Source: a virus
Length of the DNA stretch: 64,000 nt
Direction: 5' to 3' (one strand)
Virus record (IMG/VR): IMGVR_UViG_3300030002_000008
In this document: in pieces, positions 9,555-19,379 of the stretch
Numbering within the stretch: the stretch's first letter is position 1
How the letters are laid out: each line of letters starts with the position of its first letter
Made by a program: the position numbers and the translations under genes
Notes under the pieces: model-generated
Told to the model about the DNA's origin: nothing
What the model saw: only the letters and a program-made list of their open reading frames with translations
The model's database searches: none

Positions 9555-10044
9555 AGGATCAGAAGTAAGGGACGTAATACGTAAAATATGCGGTGTAGAT
9601 AATCAGGGTTTGATTTTCTTTAATGCAGAGGTAGTTACTGTTGATGATGAAACATGTACTGTTAAACGAAACGGTATAGAACATACGGACGTTCGCCTGG
9701 CTGCAGTAGTTGATGGTAATACTGAAAACTTACTTATAAAACCCAAAGTAGGCAGCATGGTTTTGATTGCTGACTTGTCTGAAGGTTTAATGCGGGACCT
9801 GGCAATTATAGGTTGGAGTGAAGTGGAAACAATTACAATCAATGGTGGTGACTTTGGAGGAATAGTAAAAATACAGGAGTTGACAAATAAACTCAATACG
9901 TTAGTACAGGCATTTAACACACATACGCATACAGTTGCCACAACCGGAACGGCAGCCGCGCAAACCGGAACGGCAACAGCTATTGCAACACAGGCTCAAC
10001 CATTCAGTAAGTCTGATTATGAAGATACAAAAATAAAACACTAA
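9544..10044 (+). CDS. baseplate spike (gpV-like) protein
   Basis: 166 aa. N-terminal OB-fold-like region. C-terminal Thr/Ala-rich repeat (HTHTVATTGTAAAQTGTATAIATQAQ). Confidence 0.4.
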   Translation: MMAKGSEVRDVIRKICGVDNQGLIFFNAEVVTVDDETCTVKRNGIEHTDVRLAAVVDGNTENLLIKPKVGSMVLIADLSEGLMRDLAIIGWSEVETITINGGDFGGIVKIQELTNKLNTLVQAFNTHTHTVATTGTAAAQTGTATAIATQAQPFSKSDYEDTKIKH

Positions 10045-10361
10045 TGAGCAAAAAGATAGGCATACAACTAACAGGTGATCTGGAACTGGCAATTAATCCG
10101 GTTCGCGATAGTTCCGGACTGATCGTGTCAGGGATAACAGTTGGTGATACGCTTTATCAGAATCAATACATGATCCTGAATGCTCAAAAGGGTGAGTTTA
10201 AAGAGAATCCTACGCTTGGTGTGGGTATTAACGATATGGCAAACGATGATGACCTGAACGAATGGAAAAAGGCCATACGTGAAGAGTTTGCAAAGGATGG
10301 ACTAAAAGTGGATAAATTAAGTATAACTACTTCCGGTATGGAGGTAAAAGCAGATTACTAA
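10044..10361 (+). CDS. baseplate wedge gp25/GPW-like protein
   Basis: 105 aa. Size and position fit gpW/gp25. Contains ...NAQKGEFKENPTLGVGINDM... Confidence 0.4.
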   Translation: MSKKIGIQLTGDLELAINPVRDSSGLIVSGITVGDTLYQNQYMILNAQKGEFKENPTLGVGINDMANDDDLNEWKKAIREEFAKDGLKVDKLSITTSGMEVKADY

Positions 10362-10362
10362 T

Positions 10363-10836
10363 ATGAAATCAGTTAAAGCAGTATTATTGGTAAAACAATT
10401 TGAGGGGTGTAAATTAAAACCATATTTATGTCCTGCAGGTATCCCAACGATTGGTTGGGGTAGTACTCGTTACCCAAATGGAGTTCGAGTATCTATGAAA
10501 GATCCTGCTATTACTCAACAAAAAGCTGACCAGATTCTTTTGTGGGACTTACAAGCATTTGAAAAGGATGTGACATTTCTTACTAAATCGGTTAAGCTTT
10601 CACAAAATCAGTTTGATGCGTTGGTTGATTTTGCTTATAACTGTGGTTCTGATATTGATATTGATACTATTCCTGAAGGATTGGGTGATAGTACTCTATT
10701 AAAAAAAGTATTGGCAAATACAAATGATCCATCAATAGCTAATCAGTTTAATAGTTGGATTCATGGAGGTGGTAAGGTATTACCAGGACTTGTAAAGAGA
10801 CGTAAAGCTGAAGTTACATTATATTTTACAAAATGA
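10363..10836 (+). CDS. lysozyme, glycoside hydrolase family 24 (T4-lysozyme-like)
   Basis: 157 aa. Catalytic-region signature FEGCKLKPYLCPAGIPTIGWGST matches the GH24 E...D...T pattern, giving E-x8-(C/D)-x5-T with the TIGWG block. Confidence 0.8.
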   Translation: MKSVKAVLLVKQFEGCKLKPYLCPAGIPTIGWGSTRYPNGVRVSMKDPAITQQKADQILLWDLQAFEKDVTFLTKSVKLSQNQFDALVDFAYNCGSDIDIDTIPEGLGDSTLLKKVLANTNDPSIANQFNSWIHGGGKVLPGLVKRRKAEVTLYFTK

Positions 10837-11057
10837 TAGTTATGAATACAATAATTGAACGCTTAAACGCAAAATCACCAAAGTTTTTCATTCAGTTGAA
10901 AAGGTACGCATTAAAAATTGGTGGATCATGTGCGGCTGTTTTAGTTGTAAATTCGACTATGAGTTTAAATTTAAACTCTGTTTTAATAACCGGTTTAGGA
11001 TATGTAGTTGCTACTTGTGTAGCAGTGGCAGGTACTTCACAGCTAACAAAAGAATAG
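10833..11057 (+). CDS. small membrane protein (holin-like)
   Basis: 74 aa with two hydrophobic segments. ATGA overlap with the lysozyme gene. Confidence 0.35.
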   Translation: MIVMNTIIERLNAKSPKFFIQLKRYALKIGGSCAAVLVVNSTMSLNLNSVLITGLGYVVATCVAVAGTSQLTKE

Positions 11058-11058
11058 A

Positions 11059-11475
11059 ATGAATTTAACAGAAAAAATACTCCTGTTAGTTGCTACCATT
11101 TTGGGTGGTAATTGGATGATAAATCTATTGACACTAAAAAGTCAAAAGAACAAAGTTGCTGCAGAGGCTAAAAAGGCTAACGCTGAAGCTACCGGTACTG
11201 AAATTGAGAATGAAGGTAAGAGAATTCTTAACGTGCAAGAAATTGCAGAACTATGGAAAAAGCTATCAGATGAAAAGTCTGCCATTGATGGTCAACGGAT
11301 AGGAGCATTGACAGACCGAATGGAAGAATTTGAAAAACTGGCAATATCATTTGAAAGCCTGGCTAAATCATTGCAAACAGAAGTCAGTAAATTGACACGT
11401 GCGATAAATAAGGCAAAAAGCTGTCCCGGAGCTGATAAATGCCCGGCTTTACTCGAACTAAATAAAATTGATTGA
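11059..11475 (+). CDS. N-terminally anchored coiled-coil protein (i-spanin-like)
   Basis: 138 aa. N-terminal TM (ILLLVATILGGNWMINLL) then a helical, charged periplasmic-like domain. Confidence 0.3.
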   Translation: MNLTEKILLLVATILGGNWMINLLTLKSQKNKVAAEAKKANAEATGTEIENEGKRILNVQEIAELWKKLSDEKSAIDGQRIGALTDRMEEFEKLAISFESLAKSLQTEVSKLTRAINKAKSCPGADKCPALLELNKID

Positions 11476-12055
11476 TATGAAAAAACTACTTTTTCTCATG
11501 GTACTCTCGCTGATCACATTGAGTTGTCGTACAGTGAAGCAAACTACCACTTCGAAAGCTGAAGTAAAAACAGCAGCGAATTTGTCCACTAAACTGTCAG
11601 CTGATTCCATTTTGAATATCACGAATACTTCAGAAACAAAACAAAGCCAGTCAGGAACTGTGAAGGTAAACGACACCGGAACTGTTGAAGAAACAACTGT
11701 TGAAGAAAACACGACTACCAATTATTCAAAGCCTGATTCAACCGGTAATCAATATCTGATATCAACCACTACGAATAAGAAAACGACTCATAGAGTCAAT
11801 CAAAAAAACCTTAATACCAACATTGACAATAATAGTAATATAGATTATCTGACACGAAATGAAGATAAGTCGAACTTTAAATTTGATGAGTCGATAACAG
11901 ATAAAGGTAAATCGGATGTTTCACTGAAAACATCCGATCAACTTACTCAAGAAACAAAAACGCCTGGTTGGGTTACGATCAGTATAATAATTTTGATTTT
12001 ATCCGGATTATGTTTCGTATACTATTTGTTGAAAAAGTATAATGTTATAAAGTGA
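11468..12055 (+). CDS. lipoprotein with C-terminal TM anchor (u-spanin-like architecture)
   Basis: 195 aa. Lipobox-like signal MKKLLFLMVLSLITLSC. Ser/Thr/Asn-rich body. C-terminal TM WVTISIIILILSGLCFVYYLL. Shares this architecture with 19432-20040. Confidence 0.35.
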   Translation: MIDMKKLLFLMVLSLITLSCRTVKQTTTSKAEVKTAANLSTKLSADSILNITNTSETKQSQSGTVKVNDTGTVEETTVEENTTTNYSKPDSTGNQYLISTTTNKKTTHRVNQKNLNTNIDNNSNIDYLTRNEDKSNFKFDESITDKGKSDVSLKTSDQLTQETKTPGWVTISIIILILSGLCFVYYLLKKYNVIK

Positions 12056-12095
12056 TATCTACAGGATCCCCACGAATAAACAATAAAAAAGTATC

Positions 12096-12644
12096 ATGAA
12101 AGCATTACAAGGTCAATCCATTTTCGATATAGCTATTCAAACAGCCGGCTCAATTGAGGCAGCTTTTTCCATGGCATTATTGAATGATTTGAACTTGACT
12201 GATGACTTGGATACAATAAGCGAACTGAAATTATCTCAGGTGTTGAACGATACTGTTTCAAATTATTACCTGGACAAACAAATTAAGCCGGCATCGAGTC
12301 GGGCACAAACGGTTGAATCAAGCGGTGTTCCGGTCTCACTTATTGGTGTTAGTCCAATTATGCAGAACAATGTTCTAAAATCGGTATCCGGGCAAACTCT
12401 TTTCGATATCGCTATTCAGGTTTCAGGTTCTGCTGAAGCGGCATTTGAAATGGCATTAATCAACTCAATCGGAATAACTGATGAACTTACTTCAGAAATG
12501 GTTCTTTTACCGGCAGGGATTCTTTATAAACAAATTGCTACCTATTACCAGGATAAACAAATTAAGCCGGCTACCGGATTAGGTTCGAGTCCGGGCAGTA
12601 CTAACCGGATTTTTGATTATACATTTGACTTTACATTTAATTAA
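12096..12644 (+). CDS. baseplate-region protein with internally duplicated ~65-aa domain
   Basis: Residues ~5-70 (GQSIFDIAIQTAGSIEAAFSMALLNDLNLTDD...YYLDKQIKPAS) repeat at ~98-163 (GQTLFDIAIQVSGSAEAAFEMALINSIGITDE...YYQDKQIKPATG). Confidence 0.3.
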   Translation: MKALQGQSIFDIAIQTAGSIEAAFSMALLNDLNLTDDLDTISELKLSQVLNDTVSNYYLDKQIKPASSRAQTVESSGVPVSLIGVSPIMQNNVLKSVSGQTLFDIAIQVSGSAEAAFEMALINSIGITDELTSEMVLLPAGILYKQIATYYQDKQIKPATGLGSSPGSTNRIFDYTFDFTFN

Positions 12645-12646
12645 TT

Positions 12647-13504
12647 ATGGCACGACTAATTGCTGACATTAAAACGGAAATAGGCAACGCATATATTTCA
12701 CAGCCTGCAATTCAAAGACTTTATGGTTTTCAGGATATCGTAACTGGTTTCGATGGTCTATTTTCAAAAGTAAGTTTTGAAAGCATGATATTTTATGCCT
12801 TTGCGTTTGCGGTGTGGAGTCTTGAAATGATTTTAGACCTTTTTAAAACTGAAATACAGAATAAGGTTGAAGGGGCTTATATCGCTAATTCTTCATGGTG
12901 GCATGCTCAGGTAATGTTGTTTCAAAAAGGAATAGGTCTCGTCATGAATCCTGTAACATTCATTTTTGGATATGCAACAATTGATATTTCAAAGCAAATT
13001 ATAAAAAGGTCGGCCGTTAGGCAAAATGTAGATGGTATCTGTAAAGTTCAGTTGTTTGTAGCTACTGAAACCGGGACTGATATTACAGCACTTACAAATG
13101 ATGATAAGGTTCTGTTTGAAGCGTATGCCAATTCGATTAAACCGGCAGGCGTTCTTGTAGAAGTAATAACCGGAACCGGTGATGTGGTTGACTTTGGAAT
13201 CACGGTGGATTATAATCCGCTTGTTCTCGACTCAACAGGAAAGTTAATTATTGCAGCGAACTATCCGGTCATTGATGCAATAAAGGCATTTATTTCAAAT
13301 TTGAATGATAATGACTTTGGTGGAAAACTGAATATTACAAAACTGATGGATGCAATACAGATCGTTGATGGTGTAGTTGATATTTCAATTACTGAATTTA
13401 AAATTAACACAGTAGTTAAGCAGACCTGGGGAACTTTTGAAAGTACAAACGGTTGGTTTCAACTGGGTGTAATCACACCAACATATCAACCACACATAGT
13501 ATGA
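12647..13504 (+). CDS. baseplate J-like protein
   Basis: 285 aa. Call is by position downstream of the gpV/gpW-like genes. Confidence 0.3.
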   Translation: MARLIADIKTEIGNAYISQPAIQRLYGFQDIVTGFDGLFSKVSFESMIFYAFAFAVWSLEMILDLFKTEIQNKVEGAYIANSSWWHAQVMLFQKGIGLVMNPVTFIFGYATIDISKQIIKRSAVRQNVDGICKVQLFVATETGTDITALTNDDKVLFEAYANSIKPAGVLVEVITGTGDVVDFGITVDYNPLVLDSTGKLIIAANYPVIDAIKAFISNLNDNDFGGKLNITKLMDAIQIVDGVVDISITEFKINTVVKQTWGTFESTNGWFQLGVITPTYQPHIV

Positions 13505-14244
13505 ATATAGATTTTAATAAACTGGTAAATCTGTTAATGCCTACTTTCCTGCGTTCAGAAAGTCTGGTTGCAATCTATAAGGCTGTATCTACACCGTTAA
13601 CGTTTGAATATGAACAGTTCAAAGCGTGGCAGTCAGATATGAGGTTACAGGCTGCAATGACGTGCCAGGTGATGTATATTGAAGCTATATTGAATTACCG
13701 GTTATTTGGAAACTTCTTGAAAACGATTTATATAACAGACGGTGATGGAATAATAGTTGATTTTATTGTAAACATACCTTCGGGAATAACTGTCAATGGT
13801 CAATTACTTGTTTCATTGCTTGAAAAATATAAGCTTAAAGGGAAACGGTATTCAATCGGACAAACAACAGTGACATATGAAATTGCCTGGACTGACCCTG
13901 TATGTGAATTGAATGGAATAACGTATGAAGCTTCATGGACTGATCCTATTTGCGAAAAAACAGATGTCGGACCTATTGATAATAATATTCGTGTTTTCTT
14001 TTCGGGATATGGAGCATATGTAGAAAGTGATTATACGGTTGCATCGAATGTAACAATAGTTGTAAATCTAAGCATTGCACATACCGGACAAGATGGTAAC
14101 TATAATTTCTATTTGCCACTCGGTACTTCACAGTCAGAAGCGTTCTTAAGCGATTATGGAATAATAAGTGCTGATATAGTAAGTATTACTCCTAATTCTG
14201 ATAGCTCATATAATTATACAAATGAATTAACACCACAACGATAA
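13501..14244 (+). CDS. baseplate/tail fiber-associated protein
   Basis: Start placed at the ATGA overlap (MNIDFNKLVNLLMPTFLRSE...) rather than the track start at 13453. Confidence 0.3.
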   Translation: MNIDFNKLVNLLMPTFLRSESLVAIYKAVSTPLTFEYEQFKAWQSDMRLQAAMTCQVMYIEAILNYRLFGNFLKTIYITDGDGIIVDFIVNIPSGITVNGQLLVSLLEKYKLKGKRYSIGQTTVTYEIAWTDPVCELNGITYEASWTDPICEKTDVGPIDNNIRVFFSGYGAYVESDYTVASNVTIVVNLSIAHTGQDGNYNFYLPLGTSQSEAFLSDYGIISADIVSITPNSDSSYNYTNELTPQR

Positions 14245-14537
14245 TGGCATTTATAAATAACGGATACAAGCGATTTAAAACGCTAACGGTAACAGTAAAA
14301 TTAAACGGAGTTCAGCAATCAGTGAACGTATTGCCATTCATGGCTACCTTTACTCAGGGCGTGACTTATCCGGTTGTTACGGCAGATGAACTGGCTAAGA
14401 TGTCAACGGCTGATTATAACACCCGCGCAACGGATTATGCTGCATATGTACAGGCAAATTATCAAAGTCAGTATCCCGGTCTAATTGTTTCGGCAGATGG
14501 TTCACGGGTGTATGATGCAACTGCATGTCCAATTTAA
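14244..14537 (+). CDS. hypothetical tail protein
   Basis: 97 aa. ATGA-coupled within the tail fiber cluster. Confidence 0.3.
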   Translation: MAFINNGYKRFKTLTVTVKLNGVQQSVNVLPFMATFTQGVTYPVVTADELAKMSTADYNTRATDYAAYVQANYQSQYPGLIVSADGSRVYDATACPI

Positions 14538-14550
14538 TTAATAAACTATT

Positions 14551-15762
14551 ATGAGTTTAACAACCATTGCCCGACAATTGTGGCTACAAATACGAAATGA
14601 AAAAGGTAAAGAGGCAAATACTGCTGAACGTGTTGGTGATGCCGGTGCTGCAATACTTGATGCGGTTGAATCAAAGGCTGACTATTCAGGTCAAAATGTA
14701 TACGAAAATGTAGGAGGTGTTGAATCAACTACTAAAGCTGATGTCGTATTATCAAAGAGAGCCGGCTATTCATCCTATGCGGGCTATTCTAATAGTGCCG
14801 GGTCTGATGAGGATGGCAAAAATATAAAAGAAACCTATTTTAAAAAAGGGACATTTCTTTTTGATGATATTACAGGTGTCGATACAATCGGTTATCCGGG
14901 TTCTTTTGGAATAACATTAGTTGCCCCATGGAATGAACAATATAATTTTAATCTTGAAATTAGATACTCATCTTTTGAGGAGGCCGAACATGGACAAAGT
15001 CTTATAAGTGAAATCACTTTTGAGAATGGAATTAAATACCGAAATACACAGCATGATGGTGCATGGGGTAATTGGTTCATAGAATTTGGGATACCTATTC
15101 CCCTACCTATTGCAACATGGGAAGACCTTAACCGAACCGATCTGATAGATGGCGAATACGCAGTTACCGGATTTAGATCAGGGAGGTTATCCATAACTAA
15201 AGATGTCAGTATCCTTCAAGTTTGGAATGATGATAGCAATACCTTAAGGCGTAGAATCGATATAGCCGACCCTCAGGCTTATCCTGATTGGGAAGATGTT
15301 TATGTGAAGAAATCACAAGCGTCCCAAATTCAATCAGACTTCAACCAAACAGACGATACCGCAAAAGACTTTATAAAAAATAAACCTACAATACCCACTG
15401 CTGTTAATGGAATAACGCCAACAATTGGCGTAAATGGTAACTGGTATTATGGTACAACGGATACAGGAATAAGAGCGCAGGGAACTAACGGAACACCTGC
15501 ACCTCTAAATATATCCCTTTTTAAAACCGGTGCAAATGGTATTGTATATCCGCAGAGGTTCAAATGGACATCAAGTAAAACGATTTCAAGTGTACAGTTA
15601 ATGACTAATTGCATTAGTATATCTGTAACAATAGGTGCTACTAATTACGATCAGACATCAATAATTGGGGTTACTTTACCGACAGGAACGGAACTAGTTA
15701 TAAATGACATTTTAATTCAAACAGGTTATAACAACGCAAACGCAATAATCATATTATCATGA
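14551..15762 (+). CDS. tail fiber protein
   Basis: 403 aa. Gly/Thr/Asn-rich. Call is by position. Confidence 0.4.
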   Translation: MSLTTIARQLWLQIRNEKGKEANTAERVGDAGAAILDAVESKADYSGQNVYENVGGVESTTKADVVLSKRAGYSSYAGYSNSAGSDEDGKNIKETYFKKGTFLFDDITGVDTIGYPGSFGITLVAPWNEQYNFNLEIRYSSFEEAEHGQSLISEITFENGIKYRNTQHDGAWGNWFIEFGIPIPLPIATWEDLNRTDLIDGEYAVTGFRSGRLSITKDVSILQVWNDDSNTLRRRIDIADPQAYPDWEDVYVKKSQASQIQSDFNQTDDTAKDFIKNKPTIPTAVNGITPTIGVNGNWYYGTTDTGIRAQGTNGTPAPLNISLFKTGANGIVYPQRFKWTSSKTISSVQLMTNCISISVTIGATNYDQTSIIGVTLPTGTELVINDILIQTGYNNANAIIILS

Positions 15763-16022
15763 ATATAACAAATACAATACAATTTAATGAAAGTAAAATG
15801 CTTTCTGAACAATCACAGGAATTTCAAACATGGTATAACAAGAATGTAAATGTGTTGATCAATGATAAACTTATACCTGATTCACTGGATCGTTTTAAAC
15901 GACCATTTTCATATACGGTAAAAGTTGAATCATTTACTATTGTGATTTGCCCTCAATATATTTATTGCGATCAATCCAATTGGGCTTGTTCTGACTTTTT
16001 TATAACGATTAAAACTGTTTAA
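15759..16022 (+). CDS. hypothetical protein (possible fiber assembly factor)
   Basis: 87 aa. Lies between the two fiber genes and overlaps both. Confidence 0.25.
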   Translation: MNITNTIQFNESKMLSEQSQEFQTWYNKNVNVLINDKLIPDSLDRFKRPFSYTVKVESFTIVICPQYIYCDQSNWACSDFFITIKTV

Positions 16023-16024
16023 AG

Positions 16025-17758
16025 ATGGCAAATTTATTTAAGACAAGATTTGTACCCAATCCCGATGGTACTGATTCAGCTAGAGCTATAACAAATGCTA
16101 ATACAGTTTTTGTGCATACGTATGTGGGAGATGATTTTTCAGGTGATGGAACTCGTGAATATCCATTTAAAAGTATGTTTAAAGCTGTTCAAAAAAGTGG
16201 TATTAGTAATATCGTTTTTAGAGGAGTTATAAATGAATATTTTAGTATATCTAGTGTAAGATTAATAGGAGATGATATAAATCAACGGTTTTTATTCCTT
16301 AATTATAATCCTAGTCTTTATTTATATGAAGTTTCTGATGCGGGATGTTATAATATGACTGTTGACAGTGTTAATGGTACTGCTAATAGTAGATGTTGGT
16401 ATCGATCTATAATACAAAAATATAATATTGGTGCTTTAGATAGATTTGATTATTTATTGGTTAAAGATATAATTCATGGTTCTTCTGATGATGGTAGAAG
16501 AGATCATTATCTTCACCAATCAACGTTTTTTGGTAATGAAATAACTACTTGTACCGTAAGGAATAGTATACAAATAGTTGAATTTAATTATATGAACTCA
16601 AATTTTGGGTATAATCTTTATACTATCTTCCCATCAACATGTATTTTTAAATACTTCTCAACTCCTATTATTCAACCCATTTGGACTAATGACTCAAAAG
16701 CTAATATACAATTATTAAGGGATGCTTATGTAGTTGCAGGAATGCCTATTGATGATTCTACATCATTATTTGTAAAAGACTCTTTTGGAAATGAAACATG
16801 TCGAGTTATTAAAGAACAAAAAAACGGAGGAACATCTGCAAATATATTTAACGCTTATAATGAAGATGGTACAGTTCAAGACTATTCTTTAAATCCTGCT
16901 TCAAATAATGAAGCACTTTATGCTTCCGACTTAGGAGGCTACGTAGGCTGTTTTAAACCTGCTGCAAAAATAGATTTAATTAATGATTTAAGCGAAGCGA
17001 TTAATGTAAATGTAGATGGTACAGATTCTTCAGAGCAAGGGCTTCTATTAATGCGTAAAATGATTAGTGGAGTTAAGTCTATTGAATTTGACACTACGTC
17101 TAATCAAATATGGAATCGTTGTACTTCTAATACCGTTAATATTCCTAACGGAGTTAAGTATAACGGAAGTAACATAATGTCGGATGATGGATCAGCTTTT
17201 GGATATTATTTTGGGAAACATCAAAATCTAATGAATCCACTTTCTTTACTTCCTACAGACATTTTAGAGCCTAATACGATTTACAAAGTTTGTAATTTGA
17301 ATCGAGATATTTATTCGGCTGTAGTTTTTAATGGTACTCAATATCTACCTGATTATTTTTTTAAGACAGGTTCGGATGTTCTTAATTTTACATTACTCAA
17401 TGGAGATTCAGGAACTAATGTAAAAAAAGTTTTAGCAACCCCACTTGAAAGTATAGAAATTCTTCCATTTGATAATATGGATACACCATCAATTGATTTT
17501 CCAAGGTACAGTGCACCGCTTTTTGGAAATGTTCAAATGTTATACCATAAGATAGGAGTTAATATTGATAAACCAGTTCTATTTAGTGAGGTAACAAATG
17601 ACAAGATTTCTTATTATGATAATTGGGCTGTAACTAATGCAGATCAGGAATTTGTAACCCTTGCTAATGATACTGCGAATTACTATTATAAGATTCCTGT
17701 ACTTAAATTTATGCGTGTCGAATTGAATGCTCATTTTAATGCGGATTACGATCAATAA
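16025..17758 (+). CDS. tail fiber / receptor-binding protein
   Basis: 577 aa. Asn/Ser/Tyr-rich. Distal end of the tail module. Confidence 0.4.
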   Translation: MANLFKTRFVPNPDGTDSARAITNANTVFVHTYVGDDFSGDGTREYPFKSMFKAVQKSGISNIVFRGVINEYFSISSVRLIGDDINQRFLFLNYNPSLYLYEVSDAGCYNMTVDSVNGTANSRCWYRSIIQKYNIGALDRFDYLLVKDIIHGSSDDGRRDHYLHQSTFFGNEITTCTVRNSIQIVEFNYMNSNFGYNLYTIFPSTCIFKYFSTPIIQPIWTNDSKANIQLLRDAYVVAGMPIDDSTSLFVKDSFGNETCRVIKEQKNGGTSANIFNAYNEDGTVQDYSLNPASNNEALYASDLGGYVGCFKPAAKIDLINDLSEAINVNVDGTDSSEQGLLLMRKMISGVKSIEFDTTSNQIWNRCTSNTVNIPNGVKYNGSNIMSDDGSAFGYYFGKHQNLMNPLSLLPTDILEPNTIYKVCNLNRDIYSAVVFNGTQYLPDYFFKTGSDVLNFTLLNGDSGTNVKKVLATPLESIEILPFDNMDTPSIDFPRYSAPLFGNVQMLYHKIGVNIDKPVLFSEVTNDKISYYDNWAVTNADQEFVTLANDTANYYYKIPVLKFMRVELNAHFNADYDQ

Positions 17759-17760
17759 TT

Positions 17761-17967
17761 ATGATACGAATAAACTCAATAGGAATTGCTTTAGACACTG
17801 GAATTATACCTCCCGTAAGTCGTGTAAGGAGTAAAATTTACTCTATAGGACTGAACTTGGAATATGGAGTGATACCTCCTAAAAATTATTATAGAACTAA
17901 AATTTCAAGTATAGGAATCAGTTTAGAATCAGTTGAGGATAGTGAATTTAATTATCAAATAATGTAA
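17761..17967 (+). CDS. small protein with three ~22-aa tandem repeats
   Basis: 68 aa. RINSIGIALDTGIIPPVSRV / SKIYSIGLNLEYGVIPPKNYY / TKISSIGISLESVEDSEF. Confidence 0.35.
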   Translation: MIRINSIGIALDTGIIPPVSRVRSKIYSIGLNLEYGVIPPKNYYRTKISSIGISLESVEDSEFNYQIM

Positions 17968-17976
17968 AATAAAACC

Positions 17977-18168
17977 ATGATACAATTTATAAAAAATGTA
18001 TTCTCTGCAGAAAGCCCGACATCTTCAAAAAGATTTTTTGGTTCAATAGGGTTTATTTGTGCGATTGTATTTATTGCTATCTGGGCACATAATTTAATTG
18101 ATGAATTGCTTTACGTTTCAGCGGGTTTGATAGGATTAGGTATTTTAGACCGATGGATTAAAAAATAG
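17977..18168 (+). CDS. small membrane protein
   Basis: 63 aa with one TM (FFGSIGFICAIVFIAIWAH). Confidence 0.3.
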   Translation: MIQFIKNVFSAESPTSSKRFFGSIGFICAIVFIAIWAHNLIDELLYVSAGLIGLGILDRWIKK

Positions 18169-18204
18169 AATTAAACTACCTCGAGAGAGGATAAATGAAT
18201 TATT

Positions 18205-18675
18205 ATGTTAGAAGCATTTTACAATTACATGAAGCCATTCATTCTGTTTGCAATAACAGGAGTAATAGGGGCATTCAGCCCACTACGGGATACAATAATT
18301 GTCTTAAACATTGCTTTTGCTACTAACATAGCAATGGGAGTAATAGCAGATTTTCATGTAAACAAAGCAAAATTCAACATGAAAAAATTCTGGGAAGCAT
18401 TCTTACACATCACACTTTTTATCCTGTTTATTTTTATTGTAAATGAAACGACAACCCGAATGGGTGACCTTGCATCCGGTAGGTTGTGTGTAAAATGGAC
18501 TACTTACATTGTCGTAACCGGTTATCTTATTAATATATTGCGAAATGCTCATGATACTTGGCCGAATAACGCTACAATTTCATTTTTATACATGATTGTT
18601 AGCACGGAGGTAGTGACTAAGATTAAAGATATGATAGGAATAAAAAAAGAGACTGTTACACCATTTGATAAATAA
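18205..18675 (+). CDS. multi-pass membrane protein (holin candidate)
   Basis: 156 aa with 3-4 hydrophobic segments. Immediately upstream of the GH108 endolysin. Confidence 0.4.
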   Translation: MLEAFYNYMKPFILFAITGVIGAFSPLRDTIIVLNIAFATNIAMGVIADFHVNKAKFNMKKFWEAFLHITLFILFIFIVNETTTRMGDLASGRLCVKWTTYIVVTGYLINILRNAHDTWPNNATISFLYMIVSTEVVTKIKDMIGIKKETVTPFDK

Positions 18676-18678
18676 AAT

Positions 18679-19107
18679 TTGATAAATAAAATTATGGCAG
18701 ACTATAGAAAAGCAATTGCAAAAGTACTTCTTATCGAGGGCGGGTACGTCAATGATAAGGACGATAACGGAGGTGAAACTTACAAAGGTATTGCACGTAA
18801 ATTTTGGCCTAAATGGTCAGGATGGGTAATTATAGATATCTGTAAAAAAGATTCAAAGAATTTTCCAAAAAACTTGAAATTAAATCCAACTTTGAATGAA
18901 CTGATCATTGGTTTTTACAAACTCAATTTTTGGGATAAAATAGGCGGTGATGGCATAAAGTCCGAATCTATTGCTTCGATCTTAGTTGATACTGCAGTTC
19001 TCGAGGGTATTAAACCGGGAGTAAGGAAAGCACAGGAAATCGTAGGGTTAGCTCAAAATGGAATTGTAGATATTAATTTAGTAACCAAATTAAATTTATT
19101 AGCATGA
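18679..19107 (+). CDS. endolysin, glycoside hydrolase family 108
   Basis: 142 aa. KVLLIEGGYVNDKDDNGGETYKGI matches the GH108 EGGY-x-DP-x-D-x-GG-x-T-x-GI catalytic motif. Confidence 0.75.
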   Translation: MINKIMADYRKAIAKVLLIEGGYVNDKDDNGGETYKGIARKFWPKWSGWVIIDICKKDSKNFPKNLKLNPTLNELIIGFYKLNFWDKIGGDGIKSESIASILVDTAVLEGIKPGVRKAQEIVGLAQNGIVDINLVTKLNLLA

Positions 19108-19379
19108 AAAAAATACTCTTATTACTGGTTTTTATACCGGTATTTTGTTTTTCGCAAATGGATGTCACTAAACAAGTAAATGAAAGCGTTCTTAGGCTTA
19201 AAGTACTTGTACTTCAGGATTCAATTGCAAGGCTAAATAACAGACCTGTTATGACAGAAAAACAATTTATAATTCTTTACAAGTACAGCCGACTTTTAAA
19301 GTACTATAAAATCTGCAAAAATAAACCCTCTCAGTGGAAATATTACAAAGGTTGGTCAACAAGAGTCTTTGAAAACTAA
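19104..19379 (+). CDS. small secreted protein
   Basis: 91 aa. N-terminal signal peptide MKKILLLLVFIPVFCFS. Confidence 0.3.
   Translation: MKKILLLLVFIPVFCFSQMDVTKQVNESVLRLKVLVLQDSIARLNNRPVMTEKQFIILYKYSRLLKYYKICKNKPSQWKYYKGWSTRVFEN

Noticed and set aside
9603-10092. Minus-strand ORFs 9603-9941 and 9901-10092
   Set aside because: Both overlap the co-linear plus-strand baseplate genes inside a uniformly plus-strand operon. No independent support.
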